A stretch of DNA of 40,234 nucleotides from an uncultured Candidatus Saccharibacteria bacterium (GCA_964426315.1 CAYRPQ010000001.1:1-40234); one strand, 5' to 3'; numbered from the stretch's first letter, positions 1-8,924 are shown. Numbers and translations: made by a program. Notes: generated by a model not told the origin, from the sequence alone.

Positions 1-2
1 CG

Positions 3-488
3 CTCGAGGTTGTCCGCGACAAGGTCCAGGCCGCCATCCGCAACGGCATCACGCCTATCCTGTGTGTCGGCGAAACCCAACACGAACGCGCCAACGGCGA
101 AACTAAACGCGTTATCCACGACCAGCTGACCACGGCTTTCTCAAACCTGACTCCGGATGAAGTAGAGCAGGTGGTAGTGGCCTACGAGCCCGTCTGGGCC
201 ATCAGTACCTTCGGCGGTGAACTGGCCAAACCCGACGACATTAAAAAGGTCATTGACCACATTCGTTATCAAATCGGTGAAGTTTATGGCGACAAAATGG
301 CTAAAGACATGCGGGTTATTTACGGCGGCAGTGTCGATGACCATACCGCCGGCGGCTACCTGGCGATTGACGGCGTGGACGGCGTTCTGCCGGGCAGTGC
401 CAGCTTGAATTATAAGAAGTTTGCAGGCATTATCGACAGCGCCTACCGCCTGGTGCACAAAGAGGAGAAGAGCGATGGCAAAGCCTGA
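3..488 (+). CDS. tpiA: Triosephosphate isomerase, C-terminal part (5' end lies outside the window)
   Basis: Frame 3 is open from the window edge. Translation reads ...ILCVGETQHERANGET...VVVAYEPVWAIST...VIYGGSV..., with the TIM AYEPVWAIGTG-like catalytic motif. Stop TGA at 486-488. Confidence 0.9.
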   Translation, partial: LEVVRDKVQAAIRNGITPILCVGETQHERANGETKRVIHDQLTTAFSNLTPDEVEQVVVAYEPVWAISTFGGELAKPDDIKKVIDHIRYQIGEVYGDKMAKDMRVIYGGSVDDHTAGGYLAIDGVDGVLPGSASLNYKKFAGIIDSAYRLVHKEEKSDGKA

Positions 489-1251
489 CGTCGGCAGTGC
501 CAAGAAGATCATCGATGTGACGAATGCCGACGAATCTGTTGCCGAGGACAGTTCCAAGCCAATCATTGTTACCAACCGACCGGTTATAAAAGACCCCATG
601 GTAACAGCTCCGACGGCCGCTGAACTAATAACCAAACAAACCGCCGCGGCCGCCGCTGAAGCGCCGCCTAAAAAAAGCAAGGGCGTTAAAATCGAACCGC
701 TGAGCGCGCCGCCACTACCCATCGAAGCCACAGATGATAAAGATGAAAAAGTCGCCGAGCCCGTAGAAACTAAACCGGAAAAGAAAAAACCTGAAAAACC
801 CGAACCTGAAGTCGAGGCGGAGCCCGCCAAGGAGTCGCCGGCTGAACAAGAACCGGTGGTCGAAGAAAAACCCCCGAAAGAAGTTGAAAAACCGGCTGAC
901 GAACCGGCCAAAGAACCGCCGGAAGACGAAAAAGCTTCCCCCGAAGAGCCTGTTGGTGAGCCAGCAACGGGCGAGAAGGCCGAAAAATCAGATGCCGACA
1001 AAAAAGTAACCGCCGAAAAAGCCGCCGAGGCAGAGCAAGCTAAGCAGTCCGAGCAGGTCGAAAAGCTGGTAGAAAGCCGGCAATATAACCTGCCGATAAA
1101 CAGTATCGAAAAGCGCCGCAGTAAGCGGTTCGTGGCACTGGGCATTATTCTAAGCGTTCTGCTGGCTTTGATTTGGCTGGATGTCGCCCTCGACGCCGGG
1201 CTGATTCACATCAATAATATCCAGCCCTTAACCCACTTCTTCTCGACCTAA
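475..1251 (+). CDS. Hypothetical Pro/Glu/Lys-rich low-complexity protein with a C-terminal transmembrane anchor
   Basis: ATG 475 (MAKPDVGS...) overlaps the tpiA stop, suggesting coupling. The track ORF starts at 421 inside tpiA. A long PEK-rich acidic tract is followed by the hydrophobic helix FVALGIILSVLLALIWLDVAL near the C-terminus. No family recognised. Confidence 0.6.
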   Translation: MAKPDVGSAKKIIDVTNADESVAEDSSKPIIVTNRPVIKDPMVTAPTAAELITKQTAAAAAEAPPKKSKGVKIEPLSAPPLPIEATDDKDEKVAEPVETKPEKKKPEKPEPEVEAEPAKESPAEQEPVVEEKPPKEVEKPADEPAKEPPEDEKASPEEPVGEPATGEKAEKSDADKKVTAEKAAEAEQAKQSEQVEKLVESRQYNLPINSIEKRRSKRFVALGIILSVLLALIWLDVALDAGLIHINNIQPLTHFFST

Positions 1252-1296
1252 CTTATTAACGCTTCATTAAGTACAACAGCTTTCAAGACCGGATTT

Positions 1297-1305
1297 TGCT
1301 AGAAT
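1297..1305 (+). promoter_or_regulatory. Extended -10 promoter (TGcTAGAAT) for pcrA
   Basis: TG at 1297-1298 and TAGAAT at 1300-1305. Only 6 nt separate the hexamer from GTG 1312, and there is no Shine-Dalgarno sequence. Confidence 0.4.
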
Positions 1306-1311
1306 GATAAG

Positions 1312-3468
1312 GTGTTAGACCGGCTTTTCGAGGGTTTGAACCCGGAGCAGAGACGGGCCGTGGAAACGACCGAGGGACCTCTGCTGATTCAGGCCGGGGC
1401 CGGCAGTGGTAAAACCAAAACCCTGACACACCGCATTGCTTACCTTATCGCTACCAACAAGGCCACGCCGTATAACATCCTGGCGGTGACCTTCACCAAC
1501 AAGGCGGCCCGCGAGATGCGCGAAAGGGTGGCGCACTTGCTGGGCGAAAAAGCCGAGAACCGTGGTTTCATGCCTTACATGGGCACCTTCCACGGTATTT
1601 GCGTGCGTTTGCTTAGGCAAGATGGTGAAGCCATCGGCATCCCACGCAGCTTCGTGATTTTCGACGAATCCGACCGCCAGGCGGCCGTTAAACAGATCAC
1701 CAAACAACTGATGATAGATGAAAAAACTTTTCCGCCGCGGGTAATATCCAGCCTGATCAGCAGTGCCAAGAACGAGATGATGTCACCGCAAACTTATGCG
1801 TCCGGAGCCACCAGCCCAGCCCAGCAAACCGCCGCCAAGGTCTATCCGCTTTACGAAAAGTCGCTCAAAGATGCCTCGGCGCTCGATTTTGACGACTTAA
1901 TTAACCGTACTGTCCAAATGCTGAAAAAGCAGTCCGAGATTCGCGACAAATGGCGCCGGCAATTCAAGTACGTCATGATCGACGAGTACCAAGACACCAA
2001 CTCTGCCCAATACCAATTGGTTAACTTGCTAACCAACGATGACAAGAACATTGCCGTGGTGGGTGATGACTGGCAGAGCATTTACAGCTGGCGCGGCGCC
2101 GACTTCCGCAACATCCTTAAGTTCGAAAAGGATTTTAAGAACTGTACGATTATTAAGCTCGAGCAGAACTACCGCAGTACCAAGAATATCCTCGACGCCG
2201 CCCATGCCGTAATCAGCAAAAATGCCCAGCGTTCCGATAAGCGTTTGTGGACCGACGCCGGCGACGGCCTGCCGGTGCAGATGTTACAGGTCGGCAGTGA
2301 GCGGGCCGAGAGCGAAGCCATTATCCGCCGTGTCCGTACCGGCGTTGACAGCGGCCGTCGCAAACTGCGTGATTATGCCGTTCTGTACCGTACCAACGCC
2401 CAGAGCCGCTCTATAGAAGAGGGCTTCGTGCACTACGGCATTCCTTACCGCGTGGTCGGTGGCGTCCGCTTTTACGACCGCAAAGAAATTAAAGACATCA
2501 TGGCCTACCTACGGCTGATCTTCCAGCCCGAAGACCGCGTCAGCTTCGAAAGGGTGGTTAACGTGCCCACCCGCGGCATTGGCGCCAAGAGCCTGCAAAA
2601 CTTTTTCGCCTGGCAACAAGCGACTGGGTTAACGCTGTTCCAGGCCCTGCAAAGATCAGGCGAATGCGCTGAGCTGACACCCAAAGCCCGCCAGGCCCTC
2701 AGCGAACTGGGTGATATTCTGGCCTCCCTACGCGAAGTCAGCCTAGACGCCGCCGTTTTCGGCCTGATCGACTCCCTGCTGAGGCGCATTGATTATTTGC
2801 ATTGGCTGGACGACGGCACACCACAGGGCGAGGCCCGACAGGAAAACGTTAAGGAACTGCTCAGCGTGGCTCGCGAGTACCAGGACGAAGGCCTGGAAGG
2901 CTTTCTGGAAGAGGTGGCATTAGTCAGTGATCTCGACAGCGCCGACTTCAGCGGTGACGCTGTGACTTTAATGACCCTGCACGCCGCCAAAGGCCTGGAG
3001 TTCCCGGTGGTCTTCATGACAGGCCTGGAGGAATCTATCTTTCCGCATTCCCGCGCGCTTTATGATCAGAGCGAAATGGAAGAAGAGCGCCGTCTTTGCT
3101 ATGTAGGCATGACCCGCGCTCGCCAGGAGCTTTATATGTCCTATGCCGCCGGCCGCCTGCTTTATGGTGGCGTGCAACACAACCCGCCTAGTCGCTTCCT
3201 CTCAGAAATCGACGGCGAGTTCCAGACAAGTTCCGCGACTTTCGGCTCAGACACATTCGTACCTCGAGTGCCTGCGCCGGAAAGCGCGGAACTTGCCAAC
3301 GAGGAGCCTAGGTATGTGCCGGATCTGAATGAGGGGGATGGGGTGCGGCACCAGGTGTTTGGTATGGGCACGGTGCTGGAGATCGAGGGCGACACAGTAG
3401 TGGTCTACTTTAAGGGCAAGGGCGCTCGCAAGCTTAACCTGGGCTTCGCGCCGCTGGAGAAGCTCTAG
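1312..3468 (+). CDS. pcrA: ATP-dependent DNA helicase, UvrD/PcrA family
   Basis: 718 aa. N-terminus LNPEQRRAVE...LIQAGAGSGKTKTLTHRIAYL (Walker A, motif I), then DEYQDTN (motif II), VGDDWQSIYSWRGA, LEQNYRS, and TLHAAKGLEFPVVF...RRLCYVGMTRA (motifs V/VI). GTG start. Confidence 0.93.
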   Translation: MLDRLFEGLNPEQRRAVETTEGPLLIQAGAGSGKTKTLTHRIAYLIATNKATPYNILAVTFTNKAAREMRERVAHLLGEKAENRGFMPYMGTFHGICVRLLRQDGEAIGIPRSFVIFDESDRQAAVKQITKQLMIDEKTFPPRVISSLISSAKNEMMSPQTYASGATSPAQQTAAKVYPLYEKSLKDASALDFDDLINRTVQMLKKQSEIRDKWRRQFKYVMIDEYQDTNSAQYQLVNLLTNDDKNIAVVGDDWQSIYSWRGADFRNILKFEKDFKNCTIIKLEQNYRSTKNILDAAHAVISKNAQRSDKRLWTDAGDGLPVQMLQVGSERAESEAIIRRVRTGVDSGRRKLRDYAVLYRTNAQSRSIEEGFVHYGIPYRVVGGVRFYDRKEIKDIMAYLRLIFQPEDRVSFERVVNVPTRGIGAKSLQNFFAWQQATGLTLFQALQRSGECAELTPKARQALSELGDILASLREVSLDAAVFGLIDSLLRRIDYLHWLDDGTPQGEARQENVKELLSVAREYQDEGLEGFLEEVALVSDLDSADFSGDAVTLMTLHAAKGLEFPVVFMTGLEESIFPHSRALYDQSEMEEERRLCYVGMTRARQELYMSYAAGRLLYGGVQHNPPSRFLSEIDGEFQTSSATFGSDTFVPRVPAPESAELANEEPRYVPDLNEGDGVRHQVFGMGTVLEIEGDTVVVYFKGKGARKLNLGFAPLEKL

Positions 3469-3494
3469 GGCGGCTGTCGCCCCACCGCTGTTTT

Positions 3495-3503
3495 TGCTAC
3501 AAT
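3495..3503 (+). promoter_or_regulatory. Extended -10 promoter (TGcTACAAT)
   Basis: TG at 3495-3496 and TACAAT at 3498-3503, 13 nt before ATG 3517. No Shine-Dalgarno sequence in between. A weak GC hairpin plus T-run (3469-3494) follows pcrA. Confidence 0.4.
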
Positions 3504-3516
3504 AGTTATCTGATCA

Positions 3517-4764
3517 ATGCGTAAGAAATTCGAGAGATTACAGCTTAGATTTATCCGTTTCCGACGGGTGCGTTTACCGAGGCGCATCAAGAAAGTTAAA
3601 AGGGCCAGCCGGCACCCCCATGCCGTACCGTTCTTCGTGATTGGTTTTCTATTATTACTAACAGCTGGTGGCTACCTGTTGGCCCGCCACACTAATAACT
3701 TGCCGCCGGTGCACGACGCCAAAGTTGTCATTATTTCGCACGACCATCTACAACAAGTGGTACCCACAAAGGAGCCCACCGTCGGTGCCTTGCTTAAAAA
3801 GCTCAACCTGACGCTTAACCAGGGTGATGTCGTGGAACCGGCGTTAAACACGCCGATTCACCAAGACAAGTTCCGCATTAATATTTACCGGGCGGTGCCG
3901 GTTGAAATCGTCGACGGCGCGCAAAAAACTTTTACTTTCAGCGCCTCTACCACGGGCCGGGCCATCGCCCAGCAAAGCGGCACCGCGCTGTACCCGGAAG
4001 ACATTGCGAACAGCGATCCGGTACAGAATTTTATAGCCGACGGCGCCATTGGCAAGCAGGTCCTAATAGACCGCGCCACTCCTGTTAATGTCGACCTGTA
4101 TGGCACTCCCGTGGTTCTGCGCACGCATGCCAAAACGGTCGCCGGTTTGATGAAAGAAAAGCACATTTCGCTTACCAAACAAGATACCCTGAGCGTGCCG
4201 CTAAGTACGCCGATCACGCCAAACGAGCAGATTACCTTCCTGCGCACCGGCACCAAAACCGAGACGGTTACCGAGCAGATCGCCACGCCGGTCCAGAACA
4301 TTAACGATAATTCGCTGGCCTACGGCACAAAGGCTGTCCGCCAGCAAGGTTCGCCGGGCGAACAAGTCGTCACTTACCAGGTAACCCTGACTAACAACGT
4401 CGAAACCGGTCGCACCGTCATTCAGTCCGTGGTTACCAAGGCGCCGGTGACCCAGATCACAGTTGTCGGTACCTCGCTTAGTGGCATCAAGGGAGACATG
4501 GCCCTGGCCGGCATCGCGCCGGGTGACTACAATTACGCGGATTACATTATCAGCCACGAATCGGGCTGGAACCCCAACGCCCAGAACGCCAGCGGGGCCT
4601 ATGGGCTCTGCCAGGCTTACCCGGGCAGTAAGATGAGCAGTGCCGGCAGTGATTGGCAGAGCAACCCGATCACCCAATTGCGCTGGTGCAACGGCTACGC
4701 CCAGTCCCACTACGGCGGCTGGGCCAATGCCTACAGCCACTGGGTTAACTACCGTAACTGGTAA
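3517..4764 (+). CDS. Membrane-anchored DUF348/G5-domain protein with a C-terminal lysozyme-like (Apf/transglycosylase-type) domain; YabE/RpfB-like architecture
   Basis: Basic N-terminus plus a TM helix (VPFFVIGFLLLLTAGGYLLA), then DUF348-like repeats. A G5-like segment reads ETVTEQIATP...GSPGEQVVTYQVTLTNNVETGR...ITVVGT. The C-terminus reads IISHESGWNPNAQNASGAYGLCQA...YGGWANAYSHW. It sits immediately upstream of rsmA, as yabE and rpfB do in Firmicutes and Actinobacteria. Confidence 0.82.
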   Translation: MRKKFERLQLRFIRFRRVRLPRRIKKVKRASRHPHAVPFFVIGFLLLLTAGGYLLARHTNNLPPVHDAKVVIISHDHLQQVVPTKEPTVGALLKKLNLTLNQGDVVEPALNTPIHQDKFRINIYRAVPVEIVDGAQKTFTFSASTTGRAIAQQSGTALYPEDIANSDPVQNFIADGAIGKQVLIDRATPVNVDLYGTPVVLRTHAKTVAGLMKEKHISLTKQDTLSVPLSTPITPNEQITFLRTGTKTETVTEQIATPVQNINDNSLAYGTKAVRQQGSPGEQVVTYQVTLTNNVETGRTVIQSVVTKAPVTQITVVGTSLSGIKGDMALAGIAPGDYNYADYIISHESGWNPNAQNASGAYGLCQAYPGSKMSSAGSDWQSNPITQLRWCNGYAQSHYGGWANAYSHWVNYRNW

Positions 4765-5549
4765 TGGGCAACTCACCGGCGCCCAAAAAGTCACTTGGCC
4801 AGCATTGGCTTTACGACGCCGATAGCCTGTCGGCCATGGCTGACGCCGCCAACATTCGGCCCGAAGACACTGTGCTGGAAATAGGCCCCGGCCTGGGCAC
4901 CCTGACAGAAGTATTAACCAAGCGGGCCAAGCAGGTAATAGCCGTTGAATTCGACGAAAAACTGGCCACCAGCTTGCCCCAAAAAGTCAAAGCCACCAAC
5001 TTAAAAGTCGTCATCCAGGACATCCTGGGCTTCGATTTCACGGCCCTGCCAACTGGCTACAAACTGGCCGCCAACATTCCGTATTATCTAACCAGCAATC
5101 TCATAAGGGTCATCAGCGAAACGCCTAATCCGCCCACCATGGCCGCCTTGCTCGTCCAAAAAGAAGTTGCCGAACGCGTCACTGCCGGACCCGGCCAGAT
5201 GTCCATCCTGAGCGTCACCGCCCAGTTCTATTGGGAAGTCAGCTTAGGCAGGGAAGTACCGGCCCACCTTTTCACGCCGCCCCCCAAAGTCGATTCGCAA
5301 ATACTAATCCTCAAGCGCCGTACCAAAACACTATTCGATGATGTAGACACCAAAGAATTATTCCGCCTCGTCAAAGCCGGCTTCTCCCAGCGCCGTAAAA
5401 CCCTACTCAACAGCCTCAGCGCCGGCCTAGGGCTTGATAAAGATGCCATAAAGATAATTTGCCAATCGATCAGTATCGATCCAAGCCGCCGCGCCCAAAC
5501 CCTCAGCCTCGAGGAATGGCACAACCTATACCTGTCCTGGCAAACTTGA
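4764..5549 (+). CDS. rsmA: 16S rRNA (adenine1518/1519-N6)-dimethyltransferase
   Basis: KKSLGQHWL start and the SAM motif VLEIGPGLGTLT, then NIPYYLTS and FTPPPKVDS. Its start overlaps the upstream stop (TAATG). Confidence 0.93.
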   Translation: MGNSPAPKKSLGQHWLYDADSLSAMADAANIRPEDTVLEIGPGLGTLTEVLTKRAKQVIAVEFDEKLATSLPQKVKATNLKVVIQDILGFDFTALPTGYKLAANIPYYLTSNLIRVISETPNPPTMAALLVQKEVAERVTAGPGQMSILSVTAQFYWEVSLGREVPAHLFTPPPKVDSQILILKRRTKTLFDDVDTKELFRLVKAGFSQRRKTLLNSLSAGLGLDKDAIKIICQSISIDPSRRAQTLSLEEWHNLYLSWQT

Positions 5550-5581
5550 CGCGTTAAGTGTTAGCAGAATAAACTGGAACT

Positions 5582-6046
5582 ATGGGACCAGCCAATAACC
5601 TCAGTTATCTCATTCATCACCTGGCCGCCGTTATCGGTAAGCAATCCGACCAGGCCTTGCAGGAACAGCTAGGCATTGGCCTGAGCCAGTTCAAAATTCT
5701 GATGGTGTTGGAGTGGAACCCTCGCGTTCAGCAGAGGGCGATCGCCGACTCGCTGGGTCAAACTGAAGCCAGCGTTAGCCGCCAGATCAAACTCCTGAAA
5801 GATAAGGGCCTGCTGATCTCTAAAGCTGACCCACAAAACCGCCGCAAGCATATAACCACGCCCACCACCAAGGGCATGCAGATCACCGAAGCCGCCAACA
5901 ACGTCCTACGCCGTGACTTCGGTCAAGACTTCGCCAGCCTAGGCGACGACCAGCTCATGCAACTGGTCACCGGCCTCCAGCGGCTGCACAAACTCGTCTG
6001 CCGCCCCGGCAAAGCCGGCGCCTGCGACCACCAACTCGGGATCTAG
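5582..6046 (+). CDS. MarR-family transcriptional regulator
   Basis: 154 aa. The winged-helix core reads LSQFKILMVLEWNPRVQQRAIADSLGQTEASVSRQIKLLKDKGLI...DPQNRRKHITTPTTKG, which is typical of MarR. Confidence 0.8.
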   Translation: MGPANNLSYLIHHLAAVIGKQSDQALQEQLGIGLSQFKILMVLEWNPRVQQRAIADSLGQTEASVSRQIKLLKDKGLLISKADPQNRRKHITTPTTKGMQITEAANNVLRRDFGQDFASLGDDQLMQLVTGLQRLHKLVCRPGKAGACDHQLGI

Positions 6047-6091
6047 CAGTGACTACTCCTTGTATTTGCCCTAGGGGGTTCCAAAAGACGT

Positions 6092-6097
6092 TACAAT
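6092..6097 (+). promoter_or_regulatory. -10 box (TACAAT) abutting the start codon; leaderless arrangement
   Basis: TACAAT at 6092-6097, then 6 nt (gtaact), then ATG 6104. No Shine-Dalgarno sequence. Confidence 0.4.
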
Positions 6098-6103
6098 GTA
6101 ACT

Positions 6104-6790
6104 ATGCACGATACCAAGTCAGGAACCGACTTAATTATTGTCTTATTAAGTGGTGCGGTGGGCGCAGTGCTGGGTGCACTAATACCAATCCTCATTCAGC
6201 CGTATATTGGGCACAGACAAAAGCTTTACAAGCGTAGGTTGCGATACATCAACAGGTTAGTTGTTCTTGAACTCAACCTTTTAGACATAGATAGTTGCCT
6301 CCATGACAATATTATCGCTATTAAGGCCATTCAAAACGCTTTGAAAGCGTCTCGTATGACATCGCAACGGCCTTTCGTGATTAGTTTGGACGATACGGTG
6401 TTTACTGATGTCCTAAGTAAAGATCTAAACAATAAACTGTACTCGTTAAGATATGATTTGATTAGGTTAAAGAAAGATATCACAAGCTTCAACGACATCT
6501 ATGATCTGTTGAATAATTCTCTTTTAGTGCAAGCCGTCGAAGCTGACTATTACGAAAAACAAATGGCCGGACTGACTGTCGAGGCCCCCATACTCGTTCG
6601 TCACATGGAAAGGATACAGAAAGATGCTGTGCATGCACTGGCATATACGCGAGCCAGAAGAGAAAAGGACACGACCTGGCTTATGAAACATCGCTCCAAG
6701 ATTTTAGAAAATGGACTAGGTGAAGTAACCCCCGAGGATGTAGACAAACAAGAAGAGCAGCACTATAAAGATATAGCCTCGAACCACTAG
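6104..6790 (+). CDS. Hypothetical protein: N-terminal TM helix plus a helical or coiled region; very low GC
   Basis: 228-aa ORF. TM segment LIIVLLSGAVGAVLGALIPILI. The rest is K/L/D/N-rich and predicted helical. About 38% GC by hand count against about 60% in the flanks. No family recognised. Confidence 0.6.
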   Translation: MHDTKSGTDLIIVLLSGAVGAVLGALIPILIQPYIGHRQKLYKRRLRYINRLVVLELNLLDIDSCLHDNIIAIKAIQNALKASRMTSQRPFVISLDDTVFTDVLSKDLNNKLYSLRYDLIRLKKDITSFNDIYDLLNNSLLVQAVEADYYEKQMAGLTVEAPILVRHMERIQKDAVHALAYTRARREKDTTWLMKHRSKILENGLGEVTPEDVDKQEEQHYKDIASNH

Positions 6791-6810
6791 CATTTACAGG
6801 GGAAAAGTAG

Positions 6811-6816
6811 TATAAT
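6811..6816 (+). promoter_or_regulatory. -10 box (TATAAT) for ssrA
   Basis: Perfect TATAAT lies 10 nt upstream of the mature tmRNA 5' G at 6827. Confidence 0.5.
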
Positions 6817-6826
6817 ACTTTGTTAC

Positions 6827-7228
6827 GGGGCTGAATTTTAAGCTTGACGTTGGACTTTATCGGTTAGATCAGCAGGTCGCTTGTCAGCGTATAGGCAACA
6901 ATTTTAGATGCAACTTCTAAGATTCGCGGATTTTCAACTGCATTCGCAGATAGCCTTCGGGCTACCTTCGGTGTACGCGAAGCCGTACAAGTTTTAGCTT
7001 AATCCCTAAAGCCGTGCCGCGCGCGACGTCAGATAGCGCAAAGGCGCGCCATATTTTCTGGCCGCTCGACTAGAACTGTCCTAGCTAGTCGCTAAGACTT
7101 TGGATTGCGGGAATGGAATGTTTGTTCGTTTATATCCCCATTCTCTAAGACACCAAAACGAACTATGCCTGTAGAAGACTAACCAGATAAACCGGCGGAC
7201 GCGGGGGCAGTACCCGCCAGCTCCTCCA
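6827..7228 (+). ncRNA. ssrA: Transfer-messenger RNA (tmRNA)
   Basis: The 5' end GGGGCTGAATTTTAAGCTTGACG and 3' end GGACGCGGGGGCAGTACCCGCCAGCTCCTCCA parallel the E. coli ssrA termini as I recall them. The acceptor strands GGGGCTG/CAGCTCC pair with the G3:U70 alanine identity wobble. T-stem GCGGG/CCCGC and an encoded CCA are present. There is no ORF of 60 aa or more in 6791-7280. A promoter lies upstream and a terminator downstream. The tag reading frame is not resolved. Confidence 0.85.
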
Positions 7229-7232
7229 AAAA

Positions 7233-7260
7233 CGCATCACGCCAGTGGTGCTTTTTTGTT
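7233..7260 (+). repeat. Copy 1 of an imperfect 28-nt direct repeat (ssrA terminator region)
   Basis: cgcatcacgccagtggtgcttttttgtt. It matches 10599-10626 at 22 of 28 positions, including the exact 14-mer ggtgcttttttgtt (7247-7260). Confidence 0.6.
7234..7257. terminator. Intrinsic terminator between convergent ssrA and the EamA gene
   Basis: Hairpin GCATCAC-gcca-GTGGTGC (one G:U pair) followed by TTTTTT (7252-7257). Confidence 0.6.
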
Positions 7261-7280
7261 GCCAGCCGAATACTACCTAT

Positions 7281-8186
7281 TCAGCGGACTAGCTTCTTGG
7301 GTGTCTTTCTAATTTCCGCGTAGTAAATACCCAAGAAAATTAAAGCTGCACCGATGATAGTCTTTTGGCCCGGGGCTTCAGAAAGTATGAACCATGCCGC
7401 AGTGGCCGTGGCTACAGGATGCAAATAGGTGAAGATGCCGACTTCTTGGGCTTTCTTTCTCTTCAAGCCGAAATAGAAAAGACAGTTAGCGACAGTTATC
7501 AAAACTATATTAAGGAAGATTGCCAGATATCCATTTCGGCCGGCCCTGCCCGGCGCTAAGACGTATAGGTATGGCAACGCATACACGGCGATAGGAACAG
7601 CTCCCCATATAAGGTGAAGCGAGCTTAGCTGGTAGGGGTGGACTCTATTGAGAAGTGGTTTGAAAATCAAGGTGCCTATCACGTTACAAAATACTGACAA
7701 CACCACTAGCAGGCTACCTATTGCCATTTGATCGGAAGCCCCGGATTCCCAAGGTTTGCCCACAACTATGGCGGCCCCCGCGAAAGCTATAAGTATGCCC
7801 AGAAAAGTCCTAAAGCTCAACCGTTCCTTCAAGAACTCCGCCGATAATATGAAGAGCAAAAACGGCCCCAGCAAACTTATTAATGATGCGTTCAGGCTCG
7901 GTATCCTCTGGAGCCCCATCAGCAGGACGGCGTTGCCGAGAGAGATGGATATGACCGAGCCGATTATAAGCAGGAAGTAATCTTTACGCCGGATAGGTTT
8001 CCAATACCTACGCGCGAAAGGAATTGTCATAAAGCCGGCACCCAAGAGGGTGACAGAGAGAAAAACCGGTAGAAAGACGGTCTCTAAGCCAAGTTTTATT
8101 ATCGGTACGTTAATTCCCCATAATATCTCGGCAAAAGACAGAGCCAAAAAAGCGGAAGTCAGTTTCTTATTTTTATTTCTGCTCAT
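7281..8186 (-). CDS. EamA/DMT-superfamily transporter
   Basis: 301 aa with about 10 hydrophobic helices in two EamA-like halves (LWGINVPIIKLGL...; HLIWGAVPIAVYALP...). About 43% GC. Confidence 0.82.
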   Translation of the reverse strand: MSRNKNKKLTSAFLALSFAEILWGINVPIIKLGLETVFLPVFLSVTLLGAGFMTIPFARRYWKPIRRKDYFLLIIGSVISISLGNAVLLMGLQRIPSLNASLISLLGPFLLFILSAEFLKERLSFRTFLGILIAFAGAAIVVGKPWESGASDQMAIGSLLVVLSVFCNVIGTLIFKPLLNRVHPYQLSSLHLIWGAVPIAVYALPYLYVLAPGRAGRNGYLAIFLNIVLITVANCLFYFGLKRKKAQEVGIFTYLHPVATATAAWFILSEAPGQKTIIGAALIFLGIYYAEIRKTPKKLVR

Positions 8187-8243
8187 GCTTGCTTAAATCT
8201 TATCAGGATATATTATGTAAAAATAGTATTGATCGGAGAAGTT

Positions 8244-8924
8244 ATGGCGAAAACCAAGTCCGCACAAAGAAAACCAAGATTGGGCGCCGAAACAGTCGAT
8301 CAACTTAACCTTGATCTAAGCGGGCTACGGGCTCTCCGGGAAAAATCTTCCACAGGTCTCGGGGCTTTAATTGGCTTGGCGAAGAAAGTCGAAGAAGCCG
8401 CCAAGGCTTCCGAAAGCCAAGGCGAAGAGGCAAAAGGGTCTTTGGGAGACGTGATAAATCTGCAGAAAGCAACCAGCAAAGCGCCTGACTTAATTAAGAA
8501 TAGCGCCAACTTCGGCCGCTTGGGCGTGGCCTTTGCCCAGAGACTGGAAAGATTAGTAACCACTCGCTCCAACGGAGAACCAATTGAAGGTAGGTTAGTT
8601 CCCTTCCACTGGGATAGGCATAAGTATCATGGCGATCCGGGCGACTTACCCGGGCTTTATATTACCGGCGGCGTAGTGTCTCACTCCTCCGGGTGGCCTA
8701 TATCCGGAAGGGTAGTTGACGTTGGGTCATTCGAAAATGGTGAAATTGGAGCCTGGGTATGGGAACAGGGCCAGAAGAAGTGGTCCAATTATGACCGCGA
8801 AGGTCCGCAGCACATCAAACTACTAGACCCCGAAGTAGTCTTCCTCGACTTTTTACCTGACTGCAAACTTCCTCAACCTGAAGATTACATTCACCATGCC
8901 GGTGTCGGCGACATAATGGACTAA
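8244..8924 (+). CDS. Hypothetical protein (cassette gene 1)
   Basis: ATG 8244 is preceded by a GGAG Shine-Dalgarno sequence (8235-8238). The track ORF starts at TTG 8229. The N-terminal half is K/E/A-rich and helical. The C-terminal half (VPFHWDRHKYHGDPGDLPGLYITGGVVSHSSGWPISGRVVDVG...) looks beta-rich. No family recognised. Confidence 0.6.
   Translation: MAKTKSAQRKPRLGAETVDQLNLDLSGLRALREKSSTGLGALIGLAKKVEEAAKASESQGEEAKGSLGDVINLQKATSKAPDLIKNSANFGRLGVAFAQRLERLVTTRSNGEPIEGRLVPFHWDRHKYHGDPGDLPGLYITGGVVSHSSGWPISGRVVDVGSFENGEIGAWVWEQGQKKWSNYDREGPQHIKLLDPEVVFLDFLPDCKLPQPEDYIHHAGVGDIMD

Noticed and set aside
141-1145. 334-aa minus-strand ORF rich in Ser, Gly and Ala
   Set aside because: It is antisense to tpiA and to the PEK-rich gene. 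Its composition is the mirror image of the low-complexity GAA/AAA/CCG codons on the plus strand. tpiA on the plus strand is unambiguous, so this is a shadow ORF.
4201-4794. 197-aa minus-strand ORF
   Set aside because: It is antisense to the G5/lysozyme-like domains of the YabE/RpfB-like gene. Shadow ORF.
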